Source: Paraspadella gotoi
Taxonomy: Eukaryota; Animalia; Chaetognatha
Length of the DNA stretch: 64,000 nucleotides
Direction: 5' to 3'
Assembly: GCA_051294375.1 (NCBI GenBank)
Contig: CM119263.1
Coordinates: 24,529,649 to 24,593,648 of the forward strand
Shown piece by piece: positions 1-12,807 of this stretch (positions are counted from its first letter, which is position 1; the number at the start of each line of letters is the position of its first letter). A program made the translations under genes and the position numbers. The notes beneath the pieces are model-generated. The model was given only the letters and a program-made list of their open reading frames with translations, ran no database searches and had not been told where the DNA came from.

Positions 1-536
1 GAAAAAAAACAGATCGTGAAAGCGCTTTTAGATCAAGTCGCGTCTCGACGAGATTTGTTGAAAATTGAAAATAGGAAACAAAAAGTATCAAAGAAAACAC
101 AAAAGTTTAAAAAAAAAGAGAAGCCAATTTCAGAATATTATGAAAGAGAAAAGTAGTGTTTTAAGCTAAAGAAAAATAAAACCTAAAACAAAGGGGGCGA
201 AAAATGAAAAAGCAAGGAGCGGATTCATCCGATAACAAAAAGCAGCCGAAGATCCGGAGAGAAATTTGAGCCAAAAACTCAATCAAAAAATGGTTTTTGT
301 GCGAGCCAACTATTTCTTTGTCTCCGCGATCGAGCATATGGATCTCTCACATCCATCAATAGACTCCATCAATCTACGACTCCATTCAAAGTTAATCCAT
401 TCAATTTCTCGACTCCATTCAATCCAAGATTTCTGCGACGTGTGATTTTTTCACTCTCAACTGGATTTCGCCCAGGGGATTTTTACTCCATCCCTCATCT
501 TTTTGGCGGCTTCCTGCAGGCATCGGCGACGACGAC

Positions 537-567
<31 letters not shown>

Positions 568-1578
568 AGAAGAAGAATGATAACGAACGATGACGACGAC
601 GAAAACAGAGACGAAGCAGAAGAAGAGGGATGATTTTACTTAGGAATGATATTAACCCCCCCCCGCCGTCTCTCTTTTTTTTTCTTCTCTCTTTCTCCCT
701 TCGTTCCCATTATTATAATCCTCTCGCCTCATTAACGCGGTCACTTGTTTCATAAGCGATAAAGAGCGCGCTGCTTCGGATCGTTTCGACTAGGGCTCTT
801 CGTCCTTTCGTTCGTTCTTTGGTTCGTTCGTTCGTTCTTTCGTTCGACGCTGTTTCGTTTGTCCTTTGTTTGTTAGTCTCTTTGTTCGTTCTTTGTTCGT
901 CATTGTTCTTTTACCTGAGATCTTTCTTCTCTGTTCTGTCGTCATCCTTCGTCGATAATTAAGATATGCGCGTCATGTCATCGTCGTCATCGTTGTGAGG
1001 GAATTAATCAACACTGATGCTCGTCGTCGTCGTCGATATTTTTAAAGTAATTTTTTTTTTCAGTAGACTTTCTGAAGTAAAAATATATTTGTAATTATAA
1101 TTGTCTACTTGTCCACTTGTCTAATAATTCACACGAGTCATCATTACCGTTTTCATCGTTTCAAAAACTGTCATCAACTTACGAAATGTCATTATTTTGA
1201 GACTTTCTCCCCGTCATCACCGTCGTCGTTCTCATCGTCGTCGTCATCATCATTGCCTTCATCGTCCTTCTCTCCTTCGCCCCCCTCGCCCCCCCGGTCA
1301 TGGGCTTCGCTACTCCCACTTTGTATTCTTCGTTCCGTCAAATCGAGCGCATTATTAAAAGGGATGAATATTCTGACCACATCCTCTTTTTTTTCGCACT
1401 TAACTCTGTCCAGTGACTCGTCGTCCATGACGGAGGCGATCCTCATTCCAGTCAGCGTTTCGCTCATTATCTCTTTATTATAACGATGTTGACCGATATA
1501 TTCGAAGCAACAGTTCTTGACGTATATTTAACTTGGTTTCGATTTGACTTTCTTCTCGTGTCTTTTTTGAGATTTCTT

Positions 1579-1885
1579 TTATGAAATTGGTGCAACCAAT
1601 ATAAAAATTATCCATTCATTTAATAAATAAGCTATCTTGCCTCTGACTTTGGACAGGCTTTGGTGGTTTAAGGCCTCCATCACTCTTACAAGATAATGAC
1701 ATAGCAGGTCCTTACAAGCTTTCAATCAAGACTCTCTCACAGTCTCGTTTATTCACTCCCAGAGTACCTGGCTTTCCTATCAATGAAGTGGAAAATATTT
1801 CAAAGAATGTTTCAATTGTATGAAAAGACCACTCCCTTAAGTATTAGATCGGGGAATACTTATTGTACTCCGCACTAGCATCAAA
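1579..1885 (+). repeat. Dispersed repeat family A, copy 1 (~307 bp)
   Basis: ttatgaaattggtgcaaccaat...gcactagcatcaaa. Near-identical to the reverse complement of 18924-19250 and to 61959-62064. Confidence 0.9.
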
Positions 1886-2158
1886 TTGTGATATGTGATA
1901 ATTAATTTATTGAATAACTTCTCTCTAGTCGTCAAGCAACACTCTCAATTCTTGCTTGTTGTGACAGTTTCGAATCAAAATCGTGTGAATGAAATTTCCA
2001 AATAACATCATTAATTTACTCAGTGGCCAATGGCCAAGTCTTTTCTCGTCGCAGCAGTACTAAGTTGCTCCTCCAGTCCAGCCTCTATTTAACCCACCTT
2101 TTTTCGCCACAAACGCCTTCTCTTCTCCAACCACAATTTCTTCTTTCGATTGTCTCTT

Positions 2159-2199
<41 letters not shown>

Positions 2200-4309
2200 T
2201 CCCCCTGGCCTCCGCTTTCGGTCATCACAGACTATCAACCCCATTATTACGTCATTAAAAAGAAGAAGCATCTGATTTCGGGCCGGGCCCGTCGTAGCCC
2301 GACGAAGGCCGACGAAGCCCGACGCAGCTCGACGCTGCGCTCCCGCTGCCCGAAACCGCCCGCTCAAAACGGTTCGTTCAGATCGCCCGCTTAGTCCGCC
2401 CGTCCGGGACGGACCGTCGCCATGACCCGTCGACTGGCATTGATACAGCGTTGGCAGCCGCCGCCACCGCTGCTACCGCCGCCACCGCCACCGCCCCCGC
2501 CTCTTTCCTTCGAATAATGAGACTCATTTTTATCATAAACGGTTTTTTTTTTTATCATAAGCCCGGCGAGCGATTTCGGGCAGAGGGCGTGAGGTGATAA
2601 TGAAATGGGGAGGGAGTTATGACTTAGTGGCTCACTATATTCTTTTTCAAGCGAACTATCTGTTTGCAACTTATAATTTTAAGATATTCTATTCATAAAC
2701 GTTTTAGTTCTGATTGCAAGATCCTTGTCTCTCTCTCTCTCTCCAACTCTCTCCCTCCTCTTCCCATCTCTGTTTTTTTTTTCTGCCAGTTGGCGACAAC
2801 GCCTCTCACCCACTTCTCCTCTTCTTCCTCCTCCTCTTCCTCCTCCAACGCCCCCGCGCTCATCAACCCTTTGTCAACTCTCCTTTCGCCCTCAGAGTCG
2901 CCACCTCTTCGGCGCCGCCTCCCCTATCCTCAAACGCCACAGACCCTAACCCCAAGCCCCCAGTCTCTTCCCCCCCCCGCACTCGCCGCCACGCCCACAT
3001 TCTGCCCCGGGCCTCTGCCCATTGCCTTCGTTAATCGTCCCTTTAAGCGAGCTGAAACACCTTTGACCGCGGCCTGACCGCGGTCCGACCGCGGCGCGAA
3101 AGACCGCAGTCTGACCGCGCGAGTTAACCGATGCCGAACACAAAAAAAAAAACGGGACAGAAGCTAAAAATTTTCGGCGGGACAGAAGACTGACTCAACG
3201 GACTCAAGAGGTCGTTAGTCAATTAAATACTAAACTAAATGAAAGAAGATTGAACACCTTTTCGGGTAATTATAAGAATAATTGAAGAACCAGACCAAAG
3301 ACAGTCCGACGCAAACACTAACGACAAGAGCTTGAATGACCACAGGGACATGTAAAGTTGCATACATAAAAAGATAGAAATCACTAAAACGAGGACAGAA
3401 GCCTCTAAAAGCCGGGACAGAAGCCTCTGAAGTCCGGACAGAAGCTCGACAAATGCTCGACGGACGAAACGCAACATTTATGTAAATTTAACCCTTTCTC
3501 GCTTCGCGGTCAGAGTAATCGGTTTTTCATGGCCGATTGAGAGACGCTTTCTTGCCTTCGTTGGCCAAATCGGAAAAGGATCTTTCTCTTTTCCTGTTTA
3601 GTTGTCTTTTCGTTTCAGTAAAAGCTTCAATTTAGGCGAGCCCTCAATTGTAATTTTAACGTGTGTTTTTTCCCCAAATAAAAAACAAAAATAAATAATT
3701 CTAAATTTATTTTTATATATTAACTAATTTCACATGTATAAAGTAAGTTTTTCGTTAAACATATTTTTCCTTCACTTGGTCCCAAACCCATTGGTTAACC
3801 ATTTAAAACAACATTCACGGTCGACCGGGCGCGAAATTCGCTCCCAAAAAAAACCTCTTCGCCTTTAGTTTTCTTGTTGGTCATCGCCCGCCTCGTGACA
3901 GACCGCCCCCGATCGGGCGCGCCCTCAAAACAGGGGCGCGTTCACCCCTCCGTCCAGATGTCCTTCTGCCAAATGGTTCATGCAGATGAATCCGCGACCG
4001 GGCCGCCCCCGTCGTCGCCCCTACAGCCGCCGCTGCCGCCGCTGCCGCCGCTGCCCCTGCCGCTGCCCCTGCCCACCGCCTCGGACGCTGGTCAAGTATC
4101 ATTTTCGTGGTGGTGTAAGTCTAATGACGCTGAAAGGATCCACCAACGTTCTGACTCCCGACAAGTTGGACCGACGTGTTCGGCCAAAAAACGCCGCCGA
4201 CGAAACTGAGGGGGGGGGGAAGAAATTTGTGAAGGCGGCAATAGTCAGGGACGATGAAAAGGGGAAAAAGAAAGAAGAGAAAGTTTGAAAGTAAGCTAGT
4301 GAAGAGACA

Positions 4310-4500
4310 GTGATAATTGTTATTTGTTAGTGACAGAATCGTTCAATGTAAGCAGTCCTTGAGCTTCGGATCAGGCTGTCACACCGTGTTACAGGTGGGT
4401 TAAGCGCCCCGTCCCTTTTAACTACTAGGCGACCACCGGGCTAGAATCCCGGACCTTTGGGTTGGGAGGCGAATGACTTGCCTCCGGCACCAATGGCCGC
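4310..4500 (-). mobile_element. tRNA-derived SINE-like element or tRNA pseudogene (tRNA-like head 4500-4429)
   Basis: The minus strand reads GCGGCCA...TGGTCGC (7-bp acceptor stem, 72 nt apart), with A-box-like TGGTGCCGGAGG, T-arm CCGGG-ATTCTAG-CCCGG, and anticodon-loop-like CTCCCAA on a broken stem. About 110 nt of body and an A-rich end follow. Confidence 0.6.
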
Positions 4501-4880
4501 TGATGAACGGTTGGTGGATTTTAGTCCACCATACTAGGATATATATTATATAATATCCTTAACCCACTAACCTTCATTATTGTCTAGTTAAAAAAAAATA
4601 GTTGGACCTGAAGATTCTGCGAACGCATCTTGAGGTTACTTGACACTAAATATTTTGTCGCGTGTATTCATGTATTCATGAGGCCCAAAAAATATCTCTT
4701 TTACTATTTTTACTAGTTTTAGTAATCGTCGGCCTCTTTTATAATGTAAACATTGCAATACTATTTTGTTTATATACTATTTTCAGTTACTAATAGACAA
4801 ACCTTGTCATCCCCATTCGAAACTTTTTTCTAAAGGATTTCAAAAACACCTTTCCGTTTCCAGGCAAAGGGCGCGTCCAG

Positions 4881-4955
<75 letters not shown>

Positions 4956-5690
4956 CCCCGACTTAATCGCAATTCTAAATCAGGGGACTAAATCGTCGCC
5001 TAAATCGTTAGGCGAATCGTTAGTCGCGTCGTTAGCCAAATGGTTAGCTAAATCACGGCTCGAATCAGTTCCCCTCACTCTCCCGACAAAATTTCCCTTT
5101 CGTTTTTCTAAATGACTAAGAATGTGATTAAGGGGGGACTGCGTTTTCCTCGCAAGTTTAGGCCTGATCTTCTCTCTCTCGGTGATGAGGTCGGGTTCTC
5201 TACGGTGTCGGTCGTCTCGTCTCGTCTCTCCTCGCTCCTTCTCTCCTCTCTGTGCCTCTCTGCTCTCTCTCTTTCTCTCTCTCTCTCTCCTCCTCTCTCT
5301 CTCTGGAGCTGGCGATTTAGTTCTACAGGTAAGTCGTTCAAACATACGTTTTTAATCTCTCTTTGTTTACAATCATATTAACATTTCTTAAGCGTCATCA
5401 CAAGCACAGGGAGTATAATTATTTTCTGAAAAATTTTCATAATGGGATTTACTGAGCTTTTTTTTCCTCTTAGCACAGTCAATACCATTATGAAAATTTT
5501 TCAAAAAATAAATTCACATTTGTTTTCTGACATAATTGTATAATATACTTTCCTTTAAACTATTCGATGAGATTCGGCGGGGGTTTTTTTTACAAAAGGC
5601 CGGCCACGGACCCGGGAAAGGTGGTTTGGTAACGGTGAGCAGCAGGAGCAGCAAGTGACGGGCCAGGTGCAAACAAACCGCCAGCGCTTT

Positions 5691-5721
<31 letters not shown>

Positions 5722-6091
5722 TCGGGTCGACCTTGGCGAACGTCAAACGAAAATGGAGGTCGAAAAGTCAAAACTCGGTTTTAACGGAAAAACGACCGCC
5801 GACAAGACCGACAAACTTTGTCGGCAAGACCGACAAAGAAAAGAAAAACAACGGAAACAAAACTCAGATGTGTACTAACTATATGTATATAAAATAAGAT
5901 TGAAAATGAAATTTCATTAGTTTTTACAATACGTTGAATCTTAATAATACGGGGAAATAGGCGCATATGCACATTATTGCATAATGATGCATAATGATAG
6001 TAAATTTCTAACCACTGCAGTATATATTATTATTTTTATATTTTGTGTTTAAAACTTATTTCCTGTTTTCGTTTTATTAATGTTCCCCCCC

Positions 6092-6150
<59 letters not shown>

Positions 6151-8469
6151 CGACTCGGCTCCTGACACGCCCCTAACCCACGTCAACATAAACAACAATT
6201 TGAGACTGAGCTGTGACTAAGAATCCGTTGGTTGAGACAAAGTGTCTGCGACACGGGTCACCCCCTGCCCCACCCTCCTCAACCCCGCTCCTCTTTCCCC
6301 ACCCCACCCTTCGACTAATGCGCCCTCTCTTGTTTCACCTCTTCCCGCCTCGCTTGTTTTTACAATGGAAATGAGGCCGATTTCGAACCGTTTTACCGAG
6401 GCTGGTTTCCGAGGGAGCCGAGCGAAGAGAGCGAAGGGTGTGAAGTGGGCCGGTTGCCGGTTGCCGGTTGCCGGGTGCCGGGTGCCGGGTGCAGGCCACG
6501 TCAGTGGCACCTGCTGGTCCCTTTTGCGTAAATCGGGACTCGTTATCGTGCGGCGATTGTAAACTACTTTGCGTCTTTGGTCACGACAGGGGGAAATATT
6601 TATAGTTTGTACAGCTTTTTTAGAATTTGGACGAACTTTAGGCCCTAAATTAGGATGAAGTTAAAATGGTTTTATTTATTTCCTTTCGAATAATTCGACG
6701 CCCATTCTTCGGATTCTATGGTATTGGTCTCACAGTCCTAATGTAACTAATCATCACTACATTTAACCCTTTTTTCGAACTACCGACCCTGCTTAACGCT
6801 CTCTACTGTCCTTTCGCCCGGCGCAGAAGGAGAACGGGATTGGGCAAGGCAGCGAGGCCTTCGCCGGCCAGTCATTAGCCTAATAGGGGTCAGTCGGAGC
6901 CCATATCGACAAACAGGCATTCCAGGGCCAAACTTCAGTTTAACTAATGACTTTCAAAGTCATTAGGACTTTTTTTTTCCCCTTTTCTCTATTGCTTTCT
7001 CTGTTTCTCTCTCTCTCTCTGCCCAGTGAGTGAGAGAAAAAAAAAAGGGGGGGGGAGTCGCCATTAGGAAAAAGGCCACCATTTGGCCGCAACCGATCTT
7101 TTTTTTTTTCTCGTCCTTTTCTTTCCTTTCTCTTTCTTTTGCCGCAAACGAAACTGGCAAAAACCAATTAACACTTTGACCACTTTTTTTTTCACCTTTG
7201 AACAGCTTTTTCCCTCTCACAAGGAAAAACAAGAAAAAAATTTGTTCAGTTTTTTTTTCTCGGTTTTTTTTTTTGTTGGTTGGCTTGCTAATTAATTTAA
7301 ACGACTGAAAAACCTACCTGGTCAAGAATTCATCTTTGCCAATATGGCTACCTTTTAATTAAAAATTATATATTAAACGTGTTCTAATTCATATATGTTT
7401 CGAATCAAAGATGCCAGCTCTGGCGTCAGCTGAAGCAGGCGGTAGGCGCGTTCCTCAGACTGTCCCTCGGGATGAAGAGACCCTCAGTTTTAGTTTTCCC
7501 TCTGTATTAATTACTTGGACCTTTGGAAGCGAATCGTGGCATCTGGTGGGCGTGGTGGCGCCATTGCCCGGGGGCATCGGCGCCTCGAGGATTCGTGACG
7601 AGGCAAAAATTTGAATATGATTAAACTGTCGTTCCTATCATAATGTTGCTTTTGCGTTGGATGACTCTCTTCTGCTGAGCCTTAGAGCCATATCCCATAC
7701 GTATGTTAGATGTTATTTTATGTCGTTTTCGTTGTTTGAAATAACCAAAAAAAAAAAAAAAAAATAGTTTGGCTGCTGATGTGGTGGAGATATCCTCGGA
7801 GACAAAATTGATTCACTAATTTTGCAGCTTTTACGAAAAAGATTGATTGCTAATTCATATAGACATAATTTTCAAAACAAGCAAAGCTTTAGGAAGTTAA
7901 AGCAATTGAGATTCAAGAGATTATTGGTGCCAGTAAATATATATTATATATAGTTGATATCCATCATGTTTTGGTTCTGACAAACTCTGAATTCGTCTTT
8001 TCCGCCCGCGATCGACGTCTTCATCGTCACCAGGCCTCGTTTTGACCCGCCGCCGCCGCCTCCGCCGCCTCCGCCGCCGCCGCCGCCGCCCACCCCAACA
8101 AACGAGCGACGCTTCCATTATGCGCGTTTGGCCGCAAAGTGATGAGGCCAATCAGAACCGGCGGACGCCCGCGGCCGGACCTCCCGGGCCGGGCACCCGC
8201 GCAAGGACCCCTGCGCCTGATAAACTCGGATGACCAAACCCAGAACAGACGCGTCCGAGAATCCCACGCCGCCGCCACTGACGCTACTCCTGCCGTTGTT
8301 TCCAGCAAAATTGTGATAATCGTGAATGCTCTTGTCACTGTCATCGATAGAACTTTAAATTGGCATCAAAAGACGCGCAGTAGGGATAAAAAAGCCAAAG
8401 GAAATAAAATTAGCTTCTTGAAGTGGCTGGAAAAAGCGAAAAAAGAATTTCCAACATATAAATTATAAT

Positions 8470-8795
8470 AGAGAAGTAAAGAGAATCGAAATGACTTCCT
8501 AAAATAGAATAGAGAAATAAAGAGAAGCAAATGACTTCCAAAAATATAATAGAGAAGTAAAGAGAAGCAAATAACTTCCAAACATAGAATGGAGAAGTAA
8601 AGAGAAGCAAATGACTTCCCAACAAAGAACAGAGAAGTGATGAGAAGCAAATGACTTCCAAACATAGAATGGAGAAGTAAAGAGAAGCAAATGACTTCCC
8701 AACAAAAAACAGAGGAGAAAATGACTTCCCAACAAAGAACAGAGAAGTAAAGAGAAGCAAATGACTTCCAAACATAGAATGGAGAAGTAAAGAGC
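8470..8795. repeat. 40-bp minisatellite, ~8 units
   Basis: The core at(g/a)acttcc recurs at 8491, 8531, 8571, 8611, 8651, 8691, 8721 and 8761. Unit gagaagtaaagagaagcaaatgacttccaaacatagaatg. Confidence 0.92.
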
Positions 8796-9660
8796 AGCAG
8801 GAGACATGAGACGGAATTTATAAACGATTTTTAGTAAAGGGGGAGCGAGGGAGTGCAGGCCGGGGTAGACTAGGGAGCCCAATGGGAATTCGGGCCCTAA
8901 ATGACGACGACGACGACGACGACGACGACCGCGATGGCCAGTAATGAGTTTGGTCATCGGCCCTTCGGTATCCACATCGGTGGGCGAGGGACCGAGGGCC
9001 ATCTACCATAATGGAGGAGAGAGTTTATGACGAAATTTTCGGCAATATAAACATATTTTTTTCACATTATCGCTGTTACATTTGCCAATATTAATTTAAT
9101 TCAATCAGTTCAGGGTGAAGAGCGGACGAATTTCTAATATTTTCAGAAGGAGACTCGCACTCTGTGCCGAACGGTTAATTTTTAGGTGCATATGCTAATT
9201 GCTAATGGTTATGAAAATTTCAGCGCTTCTCGCCTCATAGTTTCTTCCGCTGCAACTTCTTTTTATGCTTTGATAACGAGGAATACCTTAGGCTTAGGCG
9301 ATGTACCGATGTTTTAATTTTAATTCGAACTTTGTATTTTTTCTTTCTTTATTTACATTTACATTTTTTGCCGATCCATATCGGACTTTCATAATTTTTT
9401 TCCTCTACCCCCGGTTAATTATTTTCTTCGTTCTTATTTCTCTCGAAGGCTTTGACACCGCGAAGGTTCCCCGGCGTTAATCGGCATTCTCCAGCGCGCC
9501 CCGGAGTTTTTTCGGCGCCCCAGGGTCGTCGGGATAAGCGGCGTTGACTCGCCGATGCTCGCGCCCCATTAGACGCCAAAACGAGGCGGTGACCTCAAGA
9601 GGGAAGGGCGACCCGGAAAAAGAACGCAACAACTCTCTCTTTTTCTTTTTTTTCCTCCCG

Positions 9661-9756
<96 letters not shown>

Positions 9757-10318
9757 CGTCTTCGTCGCTAAAAGGGCAGAAAATAATCGATTAATGAAGT
9801 GAGCTCCCGGGGTCTGACTGAGGCCAACGCTGGGGTCGAAGGTTCCGGACGAGAAATAACGGGGAGGCGAGGAGAGAGAGAGAGCAGAGAGAGAGAGAGA
9901 AGAGAGAGAGAGGAGAGAGGAAGGAGAAGAGAGAGAAGAGAGAGAGGTTATAGAAAATTATACAGTAATTTGCAGCGGGGCCAAGTATTATCCAGTAATT
10001 TTGAAATTCACAAATGCCACTTTAGGAGAGTCGCGATTAGGTCGAGGTAAAAGCGACTTTGAAAAGAAATAGGGAGAGAGGGAGAGAAAGAGGAAAACAG
10101 AGAGAGAGAGGCAACTTTAGACATTTTGGCGAAGCGTCGAGGCAGACGGAGAAAAGTGAGAGATAAACTTTATCATAAAGAGCAAAAAAAAAAAGAAAAG
10201 AAAAGAAAATGGAGAAAAGAAACTATTATAAAAAGAGGGAAGCGTAAATCCACTGTGGAATATTTAGAGAGATAAAGACGAAGAGCTTTTAGAGGGCAAT
10301 CAACTGGAAAGGAGGATA

Positions 10319-10432
<114 letters not shown>

Positions 10433-10721
10433 GGCTGAAACTTAATCCAAAAGGAAGAGAGAGAAAGTTGATCCCTTTCCATTATGTAAACAATGAGCCG
10501 GATTTTAGAAAAGAAAAAAGGATATAATATAAAAAAATTTTTAAAAAATCGTTTCGCATTTGAGCGACTTTCACCTCGCCCTATCAGCACAGCGCCCTCT
10601 CAGCGCCCAAATTCCATACACTGCAGAGCCGAGGCTAAAAGATGTTCCATTTATCGGCATTTCTACATATGAAAAAATTAACAAGCAATTATAGAAACGG
10701 CATAATTTTGTTTGACTCTAG

Positions 10722-10803
10722 ACTTTACTTTACTTTACTTTACTTTACTTTACTTTACTTTACTTTACTTTACTTTACTTTACTTTACTTTACTTTACTT
10801 TAC
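10722..10803. repeat. (TTTAC)n pentanucleotide microsatellite
   Basis: About 16 perfect units, followed by (GTC)n at ~10825-10861. Confidence 0.95.
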
Positions 10804-10824
10804 ATTTTACGAAAAACAAGCTAT

Positions 10825-10862
<38 letters not shown>

Positions 10863-11167
10863 AATCTTCTAAGAGAAAGAAGACGGAGTAGCTCGATTCC
10901 CTCGCCAACGCGATTCGCGTACCAGCCGCAGCCTTCCCATCGGCAGCCGCGGCAGCAGCGGCAGGATTCGGACGTTGGTCAGTAGCTAAAAATCGCGGAG
11001 GCATCGAGGGCGAGAACTAATGAGGAAGGGGCGGAGACGCTGGCTGACGCGTGACCATGGAAACGAAAAAGAAACGGAGGAAGCGGGGGAGGAAGAGAAA
11101 GGTTAGAGATCGAAAGAAAAAGAGGAAAGTCTCAAAGAGAATATGGAGAAAAAGAGAGATATAAGAA

Positions 11168-11244
<77 letters not shown>

Positions 11245-12237
11245 GCCCTCCTCTCTCTCTTCTCACGTCTCAATTCTCTCTCTCTCTCTAACAAACAAGG
11301 AAAAAAAATGTCGAAACAAAGGATTTCTTAATCCTCATCTATGACGACGACGACGACAGAAGACCTCGAAGACCTTTTGTTTGCTTTAGCCTTCTTTGGC
11401 CCCATTACCATATTTGGGGGTCGAACGGCGAATTACGTCCATAAGCGACCCACGGGCCGGTCGCCGGTCGCCGTTCGGCCGGAGACGGGAGAAAGAAGTT
11501 GCATAATTGGACCAAGGTCGGATTAATGAGTTTGTGTCGATTGAGTGAGACGACGACGTAGCCTAACAAGTCGTGATTCGGTTCACACAAAAACGAGACG
11601 AAGATCTTTGAGACAAGATGGCCGGACATGGACAGCTAACATTAATCAATCGAATAATATTAACGAGAAAGAACGCTTAGAGTGAAGAGTCCTTGGGCCT
11701 TGGCTTTGAGTTGACATTACAACGCGATCAAAAAGAGGTTGTTGAAACTAAAAAATAATTCTTGCAAATTAAAGTGAAGAGAAGAAACATATTTCTACTA
11801 GAATGTTATGTAAAACAACGGAAATTAATTAAAAATAATGTCTTACTTATTCTTATTTCTTACTTAAACGACTTTTCAGCATCGATAATGACAATCGTTT
11901 GTCAGTCTGCCTTCCTATCCACCTCCACAGTCAAGCCAATGCGTGCGTCGTTGCTGCTTCCCCAAACTTCTTTCCATCGACCATCGACACGCCCCCCACC
12001 CCGGTCCCCCCCCATCTCAACCCCTCCAGCCGCCTTTCCGCTTCCACCGGAAGACGTTTCTCTTCGCTCGGCGATGATTTGTGTCACCAACTTTCCAACT
12101 TCCCCGTTAATGGAACGGAAAATAGAGTCATTCTCATTCTCTCTCCTCCGCCGCCGCCGAAACCGAAGAATGGAATTCCTTCCTTTTTCAAAAAAGAAGA
12201 CTTACCATTAAGGAAACGGCGAGGCGAGTTGGGTTTC

Positions 12238-12290
<53 letters not shown>

Positions 12291-12423
12291 GTCTCCGTTT
12301 CATAACGATTATCACTATGTTCACTAATCTTCAAAACTTTACTCAAATACTTTCGTCTAAAGTACGAAACTGAAACGGGTAATTTTAGTATTTTAATTAA
12401 GCTATATTTGATATAATTAATAA

Positions 12424-12429
12424 TTTATT
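12424..12429 (-). terminator. Putative polyadenylation signal (AATAAA) of the rGC gene
   Basis: tttatt on the + strand, about 110 nt 3' of the rGC stop codon in AT-rich sequence. Confidence 0.45.
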
Positions 12430-12537
12430 ACGTTACAAAGCTATATGAACAAATTTCAAAAGTTTTCACAAAACAAAACTTTGTAACAAACCGCCATCGA
12501 TGTTCAGAACAACTTGGCCCGACATTACTCGTCCCAT

Positions 12538-12807
12538 TTAATTTGATTCCAGCTGAGGGAACACCGCCTCCAAAGTTCGTTTCTTTAAACTGAAGACGCT
12601 CTTCGGTCCGGAGTTTTTGTCGTTGAGGAAGACTTCCTCGTCGTCGACGGTGTCCACCTCCTCGTCAATCTCGTCGAGAAATATGTCGGAGGTGGGGTTG
12701 TTGAACATATCGAATCGTTTGTCCTCGACCAACTCCTGGAACATCTTGTCCACGATCAAGGGCAGGCCGTTCGAGCAGGAGTTGCCTTTCGACGATACGG
12801 GAGATTC
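12538..12807 (-). CDS. rGC probable last exon: acidic C-terminal tail ending ...AVFPQLESN*
   Basis: Acceptor cttcatgtacag in phase 0, open frame to TAA at 12540-12538, coding-like GC3, and AATAAA about 110 nt downstream. Confidence 0.7.
   Translation of the reverse strand, partial: ESPVSSKGNSCSNGLPLIVDKMFQELVEDKRFDMFNNPTSDIFLDEIDEEVDTVDDEEVFLNDKNSGPKSVFSLKKRTLEAVFPQLESN

Noticed and set aside
1192-1467. 91-aa ATG-initiated acidic ORF (minus)
   Set aside because: Largely explained by the background (GAC/GAT)n repeats. No domain or exon chain found, though it cannot be fully excluded.
8470-8795. CRISPR-like appearance of the 40-bp array
   Set aside because: No unique spacers, no cas genes, eukaryotic context.
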